The notes beneath the pieces were generated by a model, which was given only the letters and a program-made list of their open reading frames with translations, made no database searches and was not told the DNA's origin. From a virus (lineage: Duplodnaviria > Caudoviricetes), in IMG/VR virus record IMGVR_UViG_3300020450_001133: a stretch of 64,000 nt of DNA; one strand, written 5' to 3'. Each line of letters begins with the position of its first letter. The stretch's first letter is position 1. Positions 32,401-38,793 of the stretch are shown here, piece after piece. Both the position numbers and the translations under genes were made by a program.

Positions 32401-35400
32401 CATTAAGAAAAGTAACAGATACAAAACAATTTGAATTATTAACAAATGTATTAGATAAGAGCATTATACAAGTTCAAAAGAATGATACAAGCAAATATGA
32501 ACTTTATGAATATACTAAAGCCACAGATACATTTAAGTTAATTGCAAAAGAAGATGAAACTGTACAATGGAAAACAACAGTATATACTGATATACAAACT
32601 GAAGCAATTGGTACAGAAATTAGACAAGTATTATTTGCACTTTATAAAAATGTATTCATAGGCTCAGGTTCCGAATATTGGAATCAGTTCTTCTTTAAGA
32701 TGCTTAAACATGCATACGCAGAACAAGGTGAACTTGATTGGGCATTTAAATCAACATACTTAAAAGTTGAAAAAGAAGAAACAGACTTAATTCCATTTAA
32801 AGGATTTAAAGTTGATAACTTTGATAAAGCCGTAGACTACTTTAATGAAGTAAAACCATATAGTAGTAAAATTAGAAATTACAGTGATATTAAGAAAACA
32901 CCTGTAGAATTTTTAACAGGTTCAACAACAGACTTTGATAGACCTCCTTACTTTGATGAAAGTATTTCAAATGTTAGAATATTAGATGATAGTGTGAATA
33001 CAGATGTTAATATTTTATCAAGTAATACATTGTATGCAGGATTTAACAGCAATAGTAATTTAACAAGACAAAGTAATACAACTATTGTATTTGATAGAGT
33101 TAAAGGTGACTTGTTTGAAAATACAACTGGTGGTAAAACTGAAACTGTTATTGCAGATGGTTCTAGTGCAGGATTTAGTTTTAACATAGATGTTAAAGAC
33201 CAAGATAAATTTAAAGTATTTGTTAGCGGTGAACTTATACCTGCTAAATCTAAAAATAGAGATGCTATAAGAGGCATAACAGGTTCTCATGATACATTGA
33301 CATTAGGTAATGATGCAAATGCGTTCTTAGTATTGTCAAGTAACATTGGTGCAACTGCAAGTAGAACACCAGGTACATACGCAAATGTAACAGGTACAAG
33401 TAATGGTGTAGGTGCTTCAACATTTAATAATATTGTTAGTGGTAACGGTAATACTAGATTAACATACTCTGTAACAGTAGCCGCTGACGTAAATAGACAA
33501 GCAGGAACTTATAGTAATGTTGCTGGCACAAGTGATAATGGTAGTGCAACAGTAGGTACATATGACGTTGTAGTTGATGCAATTACAGGTAATGTTTCAA
33601 GTGTTACAGCAAATGTTCCAGGAACAGGACATGTAGTTGGTGATACTCACACTATTATAGATGCACTACTAGGAGCCGGTGGAGCACCAGCAGTAACATT
33701 TGATGTTGCAACTGTAAACAGAACACCTGGCACATATACTAATGTTGCTACAACAGGTGGTACTGGCACAGGTACAACAGTTGATGTCGTAGTAGACAGC
33801 ATAGGTACCGTAACAGGTGTTACATCTAATGTAAATGGTAACGGCTATGTAGTTGGTGAAACTTTAACAGTTGCAGATAGTCTATTAGGTAACACAGGCG
33901 CAAATAACATAACATTTGATATAGCAACAGTTGATTTATCCGTTGGTAATATAAATGTTACTGTTGAAGCCAATGGTGCAATACAAACAGTTAGTGTTAC
34001 AAGTCCTGGCACAGGACATGCTATAGGCGATGTTATCACAATTAGTGATAGTGTACTAGGTAACGGTGGAGCCGCAGATGCTACATTTACAGTTTCAAGA
34101 GTAAACAGAAAGCCTGGTACATACAACGGAGTAACTGGAACATCAAGCAGTAGTAATTCAACAGTAGGAACATTTAATGTTACAGTTGATGGAATGGGTA
34201 ACGTAACAGCAATACCAACAGTAGCATCATTTGGTTCTGGTAATAAGATTAATGATGTTATTACTATTCCAGATAGTGCATTGGGTAGTGCTGGTGCAAA
34301 TGCTTTACAGGTAAATGTTGCTTCAATTGGTAACTTGGTTGTAGATGTTGCAGACTTATCTGTTTATAGAGATGACAGTGATACAGGTGTACAGTATTCA
34401 AGTGAATATGCAAATTCATCGATAACAGGTGAGAAAATTGTTGTTGAAAATGTGTACACAGAACATGCAAACGGATTACCAGCAAGTAACGAACTAAACA
34501 ATAAAGAATTCTTTGTTAAGGTTGACAATGATAAAATAGAGTTGTATAATGATAAACTACAGACTACTAGACCTACACTAACAACACCATATGTAAGTGG
34601 AGGCTTCCTCACAGAAGAAGTAAACAACTACAATGTTAATTTCATTAGTAACTTTGTAACATTTGAATCCAACGCAAGTTTAAATCCAAGAGTAGGTACT
34701 CCTATAAGTGGTACACCAATTACATTTGAATATTATGATGGATATGATCCAACAACAGAAAGTTTAAATGTTAGTATTGCTAAAAATATTGTAGACATAG
34801 AATCGAATGCAAATATTAATATTAGTAATGTAAGTCAAAAATGGACTGCTCCAGAAAAGATTTGGAAATATGATCCAACAGTAAGAAGTGAAATAGTAAA
34901 AGCATTTGATTTAGTATATGGTGAAGGGTCAACAAGTAATGCAAACATTATTCAAAATGTTGACATTGTAACCAACATGGTTAATTCAGGTAATTTAACA
35001 CCTGCATTGAATTTGGTTAAGAGAAAAGTTGGTGCTAATTTCCAAGGCAGTGAATTAGACGCAAGTATATTTACAGACATTGTACCAGGTACACACTCAA
35101 CAACTTTCTATACAGATACAAGAGGTTGGGACGTATTTGGCTTTGATACTGATGCATACGACAAGCAAGTAGATGTAGAAAACTTCATTGGTATATTCAA
35201 CGAAGCAACACAAGGTAATGTTAATTACAGAGTTGATGATGAAACATATTACGGGTTCGATGCTGTTACATTTAGTAAAGCAACTTATGGTCCAGATAGA
35301 CCTGAAGAACTTATTGTGGTACAACCATTTGAAACATTAGTAATGGATGTTACAACAAAGCCAACAGTATTCTTTACAGATGCAACTAAGACAGTTACAA

Positions 35401-36242
35401 CAAGTAATACAACAGCATTTAGTGAAACAGTTGGTACAAATAGTGCAGAAGTAAGATTTAAAATTTTCCAAGACTTGTTTGGAAGAAGTGATTACTATAG
35501 ACAAACAGTAGCACCTGCAACAACATTAAGTGCAAACTTAGAAATATTCCATAATGAAATAAGTGTTACAGATGCAAGTACATTGCCAGAAGCAAGTGAG
35601 ATACAACCTGCGGCAATATGGATACAAGGCGAAAGAATAGAATACGAAACAAGAGATACTGCAACTAACTTACTAAAAGGTATTACAAGAGGTACAAGAG
35701 GTACAACTCCTAATACACTAATTGTTAGTGGTGCAGAGATAAGAAACGGACAAGAATCAGAAAACATCAAACTAGTTGGAGGGGACGGCAAATTAGTACG
35801 TGATCCTGAACTGTACAACTGGATAAGACCTGTACAAATATTTGATAACCAAGTTCCGTTTGATGATGACTTCGATGGAACTGGTGGTACATCAGGATTC
35901 CAAGATGGAGTTGAAACATTAGACGGTGATACAGGTGACTTATTGTATGATGTTGAAACAGGAAACACAACTGTAAGGTCAGACGGAAGTAGTGTTTCAC
36001 AAGACGGTTTTGACGGACTATGGGACGAAAACAGAATTGCTAATGGTGGTAGTTATGCTGGACAAGTGATTGAATCCATTAATGGAAACACTCACATTAT
36101 CTATCATGACATAGACACTGACAATGGTTTTGATAGTGGTCAAAAAGGTCAAAAAGATGCAATTAGCATCACAGATAAAGGTAGTGTGTTAGAAGCAAAC
36201 AGCAGTATAATAGACTTCCTACATAATTTTGATAATAATTAA
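17433..36242 (+). CDS. giant multidomain baseplate/virion structural protein (6269 aa; gp7-position)
   Basis: Uninterrupted 18.8-kb ORF directly after gp6; contains a YHYH-like domain, YPLY/FYMP module, Pro-rich insert, VTV-GSGY-type beta repeats and tandem ~70-aa repeats. Confidence 0.85.
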   Translation: MADDKQYSKLPANQQTTAVKNFFESTVEQLFSKANIEQVSGFVGRKEYEQFEPTDRYVSQPTSGRNFYSFEPVVSSVNQISGRSENNVFFDDFANILESYGADTSKQNVLFDSEFYSFLPPINIDKFINFQEYFWSPTGPTPKTIEGTVTNPINIEKDILGKKSYTAPDGTVFKNGMIVTFTGNYAIPLSYQDDQRWIIEGVGESIILFNRDQNFATTFATELNIPFDNTLITSTDELVSTPGTSMLSGGLIGLADPDGTTITDSNKFTDYDGYVLHYNDRYAPGGRTPAVGYVSMSQVDPDSGQPLWAGYITPIGTSLQYVVGGSGAFDTQPFDSDNTQTVPDYIMMQRGAKDNNVWSRINFWYHRQNFLDVGDQLPAKSARATRPILEFDRDLELYNFGKLGVDSVEISSYDTTYSEVDGRPTNGVVDSVTLRSGNKILFPSEEQNVSQYIYQVESSTEATVFADVTSSTNITLTSTNDDIKVGAVVSEPGNSLNNITVASISGTALVVNSAISITAGTVLSFDDRVILKRKPASTNPAGAVDGDANFVPYTPTTGDVVSIKFGANKQGVEYYWSGTAWLEGQKKNKVNTPILFNAYDVNKKALDNEAVYPNSMFIGNKIFSYKEDNTIGATRDTVLDMALSYRNFNNFSEIVFVNNLDDDLVSYKAFGSTQDSFVKGYVYYKRILPNGDSEYCTTWKTHSTKASQIVRDQYIVSQKDVDDERLLWKISAKPTDNANSIRVYINDKRNKTFSFDPNQTAITFSTFTFKLNDVIDIEIKTTEGKITADDRFGHFEVPASWVSNYENADIKEISQPQYLEHFRNFVKNQELFSGDPLGSNNFDNLEKDETYANRIIQTDDSLQMASWLVSNEKFNIIDAINFNANEYVKYKARLKSEIKRYIDNNDTSTMSNSEILEFVLQNVIAFNPGKLVFDYSYMLAFGDKYTEEKITINNVATKKYTLTNYLDCNNVQNTIYVYDQVNNVDTMLLVDKDYTINSLNGVVTLEFTSTYTLTLGNIIKVRLFDLNRESTQTPPTPSAMGITPLYVPEIISDTSFISPINVIVGHDGSRTVADNDLHDNILLEYERRVYNNVLQEYRDKDSHPDLNVHTIRPGRFRNTGLSRENFYNLIRNDFNQYVSRNDVDFVKNEFYDTDNFFTWNYNSGTTSPGYWRGIYESCYDTERPHTHPWEMLGFTKKPTYWDSTYGTDYTSENKKLWNDLEEGKIRGGSRENLTNNKFKTNNPYRRIGLKNEIPVDENGNLVAPANIISTAATTKTIDFIETTTGTATANANSFIKTIDGLSVKEIGSNIFVSSTNGVNHEVGTFPSTNNTAFIDLNKVSNYNIVSLAGNNNSTTYGSATSTGNTSVGVAVNGALIFNGNTGVQHSESSSFNYDAMYRNDVDRDSAGGYPDRNNLYGYVQPSPQTVGLTEWATDSHSPIVGWAFDGFPIYGPYGYTDRLNVSSDIKRLQSGYSLKTTTRTTVGGTPTGEFIEDYEYSSTGADLDEFNGRFGITPEYPSGTYYYVATIDADSKPAYPYTVGGKFAGTLQTEGPFAAYGEENAGGNSHGKIGYFYPLYLTVDSALRESTSGGYHTHTFKEHPGVKFYMPNQFSNHGTGSYPEGTYTLYSSANALDSGTATYTLASTETITFGATTSLTNNTWKFSDGAPVENSWKISEGYPFAIASALYLTKPGKFASVFAEPQKIVRGSANTNQLLENANFRRFKVKNSVVHGSKDDDNKLRASTGYTQFIDSYLRFQGLDTHTEFAIPFASVSSKLGSKLAGYIDKDTMTVFLDNYTTTGNSSSLILPQEDIQVDVHIGPYATTNDYTGVLVELTEDAKYKVFGFNSVKKHFDIEPSFKEGPRTQIEVGGEPADFTNFSNTTNYPAGAIVKSGFNFFRAKEQANAGTSVTNTETWERLASLPQIGGARATLFLEGTGQVERVEYGTEYEKLEDVFDLLISIGRQQKNMGYVFDQYDDSIGDVNDWTYSGKQFLFWTLGNWAAGNTISLSPGAGKLTFQPNIGRVSPILESDQGQFSILDEEGKVILPTECTIIREDTQLIVSPPEGKQLYGIILYTNEIEHSMLINNRTTFGDTIFDDIFGSRQKRVKLKGKRTKNWDGTLTAEGYLITSNGLKPNYDTLADDMRRYTEIGHVPVEKNLYELTRRQYGYAEKKYLREFELINDNQFDFYRGMIKSKGTKTAIETLLNSNKVLVPGSVAVYDEWGLKAGEFGDTENEQSLDLKITTDEITSESQLIQIAYPENIVSKVKEVEVLDRTTVFYQRPILEIEPPPAEIPGSFTYGGGTTAKATVNISQDGTISDVTVDEPGYGYTINPAVTVIAAQLLTANVTTNFLQPSAITTSVEIGGSASGQYVDHGGIFTGANALTNGMFITDHFAPSANANTFVDFTGLSNIQAVANLINNTAEVNANISANTTLITTVDGSGNLVENYQLNIKGNDFSLSNSNTQIGNIANVNLQGKRYQPRQRYSFESANSTTHSDVVITVNGNSTTGNAVGAGGNIDWEFDPGSRTTVISDRGLVTGNVSQTFSFQPLSTANISTLAGSIATDNLNIINGSYPHIEVYVNGSLLSDKLESDATSGYTITNVDSNTNNIIFHDVSQLPGGQLDAQANILIVEKSTVDFTDTYQGDLPGSTLNIKVFANDALAAKLEQVRTFEITPDDESDNTILIDVDDASRLVVRPSDMAEKSLWPLTSSVSYVGIVDSKYDPLPNSGYVSKYDVDYQAMDLSDARELFNSDVRRPKEIPGVNDIIHFARGEHNEFDVYELEKANVSRMFVEYDDVNNQSILFSDVSLDNLYKDKNQLERITAPISGATADGTNVTFTATQLFKKGDKVTISNVTPSVFNLTNANIIAANISAFTVASNISGTYSGGGRATTDYDNTLYYDSVIALKGNTTLGPNVTWAGNLTNAEGDKLFDPTALKMNEKLMLYVDETQISDQAVEVANITFNPPTYRAISTIAPKNSGSITTMANYPNGSVRDSANSNFSVQANVLTGGDVQISLEENANASPNRSNIANGRYVRFVDSTSSTLNNNAFVISNVIFGDGNVTNTLTGFANVGPIVQLETSNITSNTNIVYIDEVKDANGRVLWENEQANAQLGNYLQDFDIASNRFFSPTETSSNIFIDGVNLHANGKVNYVVLSENIAVSSNIAANTVINTTSVQAQFTNANTKITTFTINDPGVSSNIAPADLTASVDDGLLVTTDANVSNLIAGDTVYVNRAGGYTDTYILRKIEPSDTPAGTQTGKILLDGFFSDPLSNTLTVNGAVTDSPNVILNGSLVNVQGGMLVSGTGVTAGTKVVDVTSLSNITLSANANISNGATLTFTEDTFGNADIVDSTITVTTRENHGHPTDGTDKIIGQTITIADFGAEFYNKNYTVLDVPSDNTIELEGFGLGHPHAPGDGNTYINKQAFDMFGTGATQTRGDLDNFTDDNDDGIDNRVPVLVETSQGTYNIDGADVVTRAYNYLNADELVDEINRQLIQKQNSVMDTGSFNAGFAIPKGSLNAMKHSIFGPMGRKAGGPKAINGAGRIPTIPPGFQGAPQINNTAINMANPGSFLNHFGAIGPAGAGGGLGFNPFPGGTNVSFTPVGPINLPFNPVNNTGTPPQVPTPGAGAGGTQAPPSPPQTPIPPIVPPVPPATPTPTYNSPNLSSTVKVDSIGSNYGVTVLNLDTIKTITQFDEPCPPPPPPPPPPPPKPDAVTVCEKVSNTKGTGVTEWKTFTFTSNNQFDYTVKILFDMYSAKDKMTVYQSSSANQGSGRVIATTQGSQGLALMDQKELNELGAAFGIGSGSYYGGLKNYVGPDGSGFLTFAGKLTFSYNADNGRYIHVKLEKTPKRSIAYRYFMCYPQDATSGAAPKLPTPPVAAFVPPKIPLGNIPLGIPNFGNLMAGSLGLGGGTPNFNFSAQIGGIGALSYSSLPININLGTSNKSLQAKNNPFGSTVASGTPTYSATTQSGATNLLTSNQGAGVVNYGGGGVAGISVPTVPASAGTPVTTGTKFISLAPLAKANGKYQPVQPPVQIPVCPPKPRVKICGEPLGVGKGDSFKIDDCTIDMNLGANATLNNVKNAIESQCDKVIVNISSSPTTNEQCLSIIKKSSDPMVIRNGCAGGVFKEVLDYAAQKTNQVNFNSHQQQDAQNNPAVNTTFQNQLGAASNQNDAFTMITPASVSSFVTNTVTADEKKRQNIIAQRSGVAGTGYRVMDILRVVGGTPVVRVPALSIESLTVNNAGSGYLDQNNQARGLEIRIGDPSDPGGGAQADMNNIVFDTNGGLVEIPLLSGGRMYSPENPPTITVKGLGKNARVSAKFATAKPVERVAKFVITQVGTNGEPLNFACIDRGVYKEFPSDLDSGLPLEYDIQRQTPSDKQSDVLGTAGYEAGSGTGARIYLTSRFIPDCSEKGNALTDLGLNEGVVPKPSDAEQLMETINDYPIFGPDGFPLFGAELIDDGNGFQILKIGGPNIDGIRLGDELNPGLLDLLGILPGSYIKDPLPEAVKIDTGDGGGDTIGFLGTNEINTTAGDVIGGNAGMFTYTLLDINGGNTPRPFELDKRIKVDGLMLKSLRHATPPTGFENMANVWIDQYDANGWAYLEANTVIRKQEKLVDVKRITDVITYDEETAHKEFDIDLYDPFKGVIPGFISKDINYRSTVDPCVYDPARTEWGREQVGTTWWDTYNAIYQWYEQGSGAYGISRYVDGMVEKVGYNNTERAIGWGERFPSSQIEVYEWVESINLPNAYEGPGVVKDPNAFVVEKHVDNRSGKTVQYYYYWVRGVLDVSDTAKQKYGRDRSVADLERLLNDPYAERVAFAGIISPDGMIVNTLSDLIKTDESILSVNFKRKDPIASQKHSSWRLIGEGDPQESIPENLSIKLIDSLAGYNAINQVVPTKGLSTAERYGSKFRPRQTMFKNLKDARKQMFDALNEIFREVKMDSTFLDWRTKLPATLTYLDTVNWFEKLRVSGIDNSQLYYNEDYKPLRKVTDTKQFELLTNVLDKSIIQVQKNDTSKYELYEYTKATDTFKLIAKEDETVQWKTTVYTDIQTEAIGTEIRQVLFALYKNVFIGSGSEYWNQFFFKMLKHAYAEQGELDWAFKSTYLKVEKEETDLIPFKGFKVDNFDKAVDYFNEVKPYSSKIRNYSDIKKTPVEFLTGSTTDFDRPPYFDESISNVRILDDSVNTDVNILSSNTLYAGFNSNSNLTRQSNTTIVFDRVKGDLFENTTGGKTETVIADGSSAGFSFNIDVKDQDKFKVFVSGELIPAKSKNRDAIRGITGSHDTLTLGNDANAFLVLSSNIGATASRTPGTYANVTGTSNGVGASTFNNIVSGNGNTRLTYSVTVAADVNRQAGTYSNVAGTSDNGSATVGTYDVVVDAITGNVSSVTANVPGTGHVVGDTHTIIDALLGAGGAPAVTFDVATVNRTPGTYTNVATTGGTGTGTTVDVVVDSIGTVTGVTSNVNGNGYVVGETLTVADSLLGNTGANNITFDIATVDLSVGNINVTVEANGAIQTVSVTSPGTGHAIGDVITISDSVLGNGGAADATFTVSRVNRKPGTYNGVTGTSSSSNSTVGTFNVTVDGMGNVTAIPTVASFGSGNKINDVITIPDSALGSAGANALQVNVASIGNLVVDVADLSVYRDDSDTGVQYSSEYANSSITGEKIVVENVYTEHANGLPASNELNNKEFFVKVDNDKIELYNDKLQTTRPTLTTPYVSGGFLTEEVNNYNVNFISNFVTFESNASLNPRVGTPISGTPITFEYYDGYDPTTESLNVSIAKNIVDIESNANINISNVSQKWTAPEKIWKYDPTVRSEIVKAFDLVYGEGSTSNANIIQNVDIVTNMVNSGNLTPALNLVKRKVGANFQGSELDASIFTDIVPGTHSTTFYTDTRGWDVFGFDTDAYDKQVDVENFIGIFNEATQGNVNYRVDDETYYGFDAVTFSKATYGPDRPEELIVVQPFETLVMDVTTKPTVFFTDATKTVTTSNTTAFSETVGTNSAEVRFKIFQDLFGRSDYYRQTVAPATTLSANLEIFHNEISVTDASTLPEASEIQPAAIWIQGERIEYETRDTATNLLKGITRGTRGTTPNTLIVSGAEIRNGQESENIKLVGGDGKLVRDPELYNWIRPVQIFDNQVPFDDDFDGTGGTSGFQDGVETLDGDTGDLLYDVETGNTTVRSDGSSVSQDGFDGLWDENRIANGGSYAGQVIESINGNTHIIYHDIDTDNGFDSGQKGQKDAISITDKGSVLEANSSIIDFLHNFDNN
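28542..28577 (+). repeat. 12-residue polyproline tract (CCN codon run) inside the giant protein
   Basis: cct cca cct ccg cca ccg cca cca cca cca ccg cct. Confidence 0.95.
33363..34331 (+). repeat. tandem ~70-aa beta-rich repeats (R-PGTY-NV-GTS...G-V--V----G-G---GD--TI-D--LG--GA----F-V)
   Basis: Repeat starts at 33363 (half unit), 33495, 33720, ~33933 (half unit) and 34107, visible in translation. Confidence 0.85.
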
Positions 36243-36262
36243 AGTATATTTTAATGAAAAGT

Positions 36263-36270
36263 GATAAATA
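36263..36270 (+). promoter_or_regulatory. putative late promoter GATAAATA (leaderless)
   Basis: Ends 5 nt before ATG 36276; no SD present. Confidence 0.7.
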
Positions 36271-36275
36271 ACAGC

Positions 36276-36890
36276 ATGAGTGTAAGTAAGGATAAAGACA
36301 AAATCGAGGAACCTAAAGTGGACGATAATGCCGGTATCAAAATGTCAGGGCACATCTTAATTAGAGATGCTGACACCAAAGAAGAAATTGTAAACAAAAG
36401 AAATGCAATTCACTATGGTAACATGGCAAACATGATAGCAAAAGCATTAACGAACTCTGCAGATTCATATATTCACTTTATGGCTTTTGGCAACGGTGCA
36501 ACAAGTGTTGATGCCGCAGGTAAAGTAATTTACAAAGCACCTAGAGTAAGTGAAGCATTTGAAAATAGTGCAACACTTTATAGTAGGACCTTCCAAAAAG
36601 TTATTAGTAATAACACAACAACAGACAAAATTGAAATCATTCCAGGAACTAGTTACACAGATTTAAAGATAACTTGTACATTAGGTTATAACGAACCTTC
36701 AGCACAAGATACATTTGATACTAGTACCACCAATGATGGTCTTTATGTTTTTGATGAGTTAGCATTATTAAGTTATGCAACTGATCCAACAAACAGCACA
36801 ATGCTTACGCATGTGATTTTTCACCCAGTACAAAAAAGTGCAAACAGGACGATAGAAATAATATATACTGTAAGAGTACAGTTAAATTAA
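36276..36890 (+). CDS. conserved virion/baseplate protein (tail-collar-like); start corrected to ATG 36276
   Basis: GHILIRD...NAIHYGN...MAFGNG...DELAL...LTHVIFHPVQKSANRTIEIIYTVRV; position after the giant wedge protein. Confidence 0.6.
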   Translation: MSVSKDKDKIEEPKVDDNAGIKMSGHILIRDADTKEEIVNKRNAIHYGNMANMIAKALTNSADSYIHFMAFGNGATSVDAAGKVIYKAPRVSEAFENSATLYSRTFQKVISNNTTTDKIEIIPGTSYTDLKITCTLGYNEPSAQDTFDTSTTNDGLYVFDELALLSYATDPTNSTMLTHVIFHPVQKSANRTIEIIYTVRVQLN

Positions 36891-36903
36891 TAGAGGATAA
36901 CAA

Positions 36904-38760
36904 ATGACATATTCAGTACAAAATAGCGATGGTTCATTAACCATCAATGTAGCCGCAAGTCAGGTTAACTCTTCATTTAGTGTTGCACTAGTTGGTCGAA
37001 ATGTGTCTGGTTATGGACAATACTTTGTTCAAAACTCTATAAGACACTTGGAAAACTTTGCTAGTTCATCCGCACCTTCACCAGATATCAAATTAACAGG
37101 TCAAGCCTGGTATGATAAAGGCGAGAAGGTATTGAGAGTTTATGACGGAAACGGATGGCAAAGAGTAAGTGCAACAGTTTCAGCAACAGCACCAAGCGGC
37201 GGTGTAGCGGCAGGAACACAGTACTTCGATACAACAGATGATAAACTAAAATTGTATGACGGGTCTGCTTTCGTAGATTCAAGTTATGCAGGTAAAGTAT
37301 CAAACGAATATAGTGGAGATTCATCAATTGGTTCTCCGCAAAAATACGGAACAAGATTAAGAACAGCATACATTCCAGACAATACAGGAGCCTACAAGGC
37401 AGTATTGACATTGATGTATGTTAGTGATGGTTCAAGTGGAACTGGTGTTACTAATGGTGAAACCATTATGGCAATATTCAGTGACCATGATGAATTCACA
37501 GTTAGTAGTTCACTAAACGTAAACTTTGAAGGTTTAGGTTCTGCTAATGTTTATGCAGAATTAAACGATACTACAAATGGTATAGGCGTACAAATTAAAC
37601 CAGGTATGAACCTGAGAAAGAAATATGCGTCAACGGCTGTGGCACTGGCGGCAAACGCCAACGTAGCCGCAACGGCTAATGCTATTTACAATGGTACTTC
37701 TAACATCAATGGTGCTAATGTATTCACTACATCAAGTAACCAGTTAGTACCTGATACAGCATTAACAGACCAAGTAGACATTGGTAGTTCAACAAACAGA
37801 TATAACGACTTATACATTGGTTCTGTTATATCAGGTAACAACGCAAGTAACGTTACTCAGTACATTAAAAAAGCAGGTGCAAACGCAATATTAGATATTG
37901 GTGAAGCAGGTGCTCCAATCAACAACATGTATGTTGATAACTTAACAGCATCTAACATTTCAGGTCTAAACATTGAAAGTTTTGGTAATGCAACAAATGA
38001 TATAGACTTTATTTTTGCAAGTAACATTACTGCAAGTAATACTATTGTTTCAAGCACAGGTGGTATTAAAGGTAATGTGTTAAGTTCAGCAAACGTAGTT
38101 TTAATTGACCACGTTGCAGGAACATCAAACTTATCACTAAATGGTAATGTAATTGCTGGTACAGGTCTAAGTGCCGCGGCACAATATGACGGTACAAGTG
38201 ATGTTACATTTAGTATTGATAGTACAGTTGTAACTGAAACAAGCACAGACACATTATCCAATAAAACATTTGGTAGTGTAGTTAAAGCAAGTGCAGACAA
38301 CACAATTGATATTGGTGAAAGTGGAACCAAGTTTGCAACAGTTCATGCTACAACATTTAGTGGTGTAGCAACATCGGCCCAGTATGCGGATATGGCTGAG
38401 ATTTATGTTTCAGACGTAGAATACGAAGCAGGTACAGTTGTTAAGATTGGTGGAGAAAAAGAAATTACACAAACATTAGAACATGCAGATATAGAAGTGT
38501 TCGGTGTTATATCAAGTAATCCAGCATACTTAATGAACAGTGAAGCACAAGGACAACCAGTAGCATTAGCAGGAAGGGTTCCTGTTAAAGTAATTGGTAA
38601 ACTTGCTAAAGGTGAAAGACTAGTAGCAAGTGATGTTCCAGGTGTTGCTTGGGGTGTTGCAGATGAAGATGTAGACGTAAAAGCAATAATTGGTAGAAGT
38701 CTTGAAGATAAAGAAGACGGTGACGCAGGAATAGTAGAAGCAGTCATTGGAGTTAAATAG
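36904..38760 (+). CDS. tail fibre-like protein with C-terminal intramolecular chaperone/autocleavage domain (Peptidase G2-like)
   Basis: N-terminal baseplate anchor (LVGRNVSGYG...LENFA...GQAWYD), Asn-rich shaft, C-terminal YADMAEIY...GTVV-IGG...GVISSNPAYLMN...PVALAGRVPVKVIG. Confidence 0.8.
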   Translation: MTYSVQNSDGSLTINVAASQVNSSFSVALVGRNVSGYGQYFVQNSIRHLENFASSSAPSPDIKLTGQAWYDKGEKVLRVYDGNGWQRVSATVSATAPSGGVAAGTQYFDTTDDKLKLYDGSAFVDSSYAGKVSNEYSGDSSIGSPQKYGTRLRTAYIPDNTGAYKAVLTLMYVSDGSSGTGVTNGETIMAIFSDHDEFTVSSSLNVNFEGLGSANVYAELNDTTNGIGVQIKPGMNLRKKYASTAVALAANANVAATANAIYNGTSNINGANVFTTSSNQLVPDTALTDQVDIGSSTNRYNDLYIGSVISGNNASNVTQYIKKAGANAILDIGEAGAPINNMYVDNLTASNISGLNIESFGNATNDIDFIFASNITASNTIVSSTGGIKGNVLSSANVVLIDHVAGTSNLSLNGNVIAGTGLSAAAQYDGTSDVTFSIDSTVVTETSTDTLSNKTFGSVVKASADNTIDIGESGTKFATVHATTFSGVATSAQYADMAEIYVSDVEYEAGTVVKIGGEKEITQTLEHADIEVFGVISSNPAYLMNSEAQGQPVALAGRVPVKVIGKLAKGERLVASDVPGVAWGVADEDVDVKAIIGRSLEDKEDGDAGIVEAVIGVK

Positions 38761-38768
38761 GATAAATA
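38761..38768 (+). promoter_or_regulatory. putative late promoter GATAAATA
   Basis: Immediately after the fibre stop codon; AGGAG SD and ATG 38794 downstream. Confidence 0.7.
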
Positions 38769-38793
38769 TAAGCATAAAGTAGGAGATTAAACT

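Noticed and set aside
17433-36242. Intein, intron or programmed frameshift within the giant ORF
   Set aside because: No Hint/LAGLIDADG motifs or C-terminal HN-C/S/T junction were recognised; the frame is continuous.
36261-36275. ORF-track start codons at 36261, 39908, 42936, 44029, 44868, 51327 and 12477
   Set aside because: Downstream ATGs fit promoter spacing, SD position, gene coupling or paralogue alignment better.
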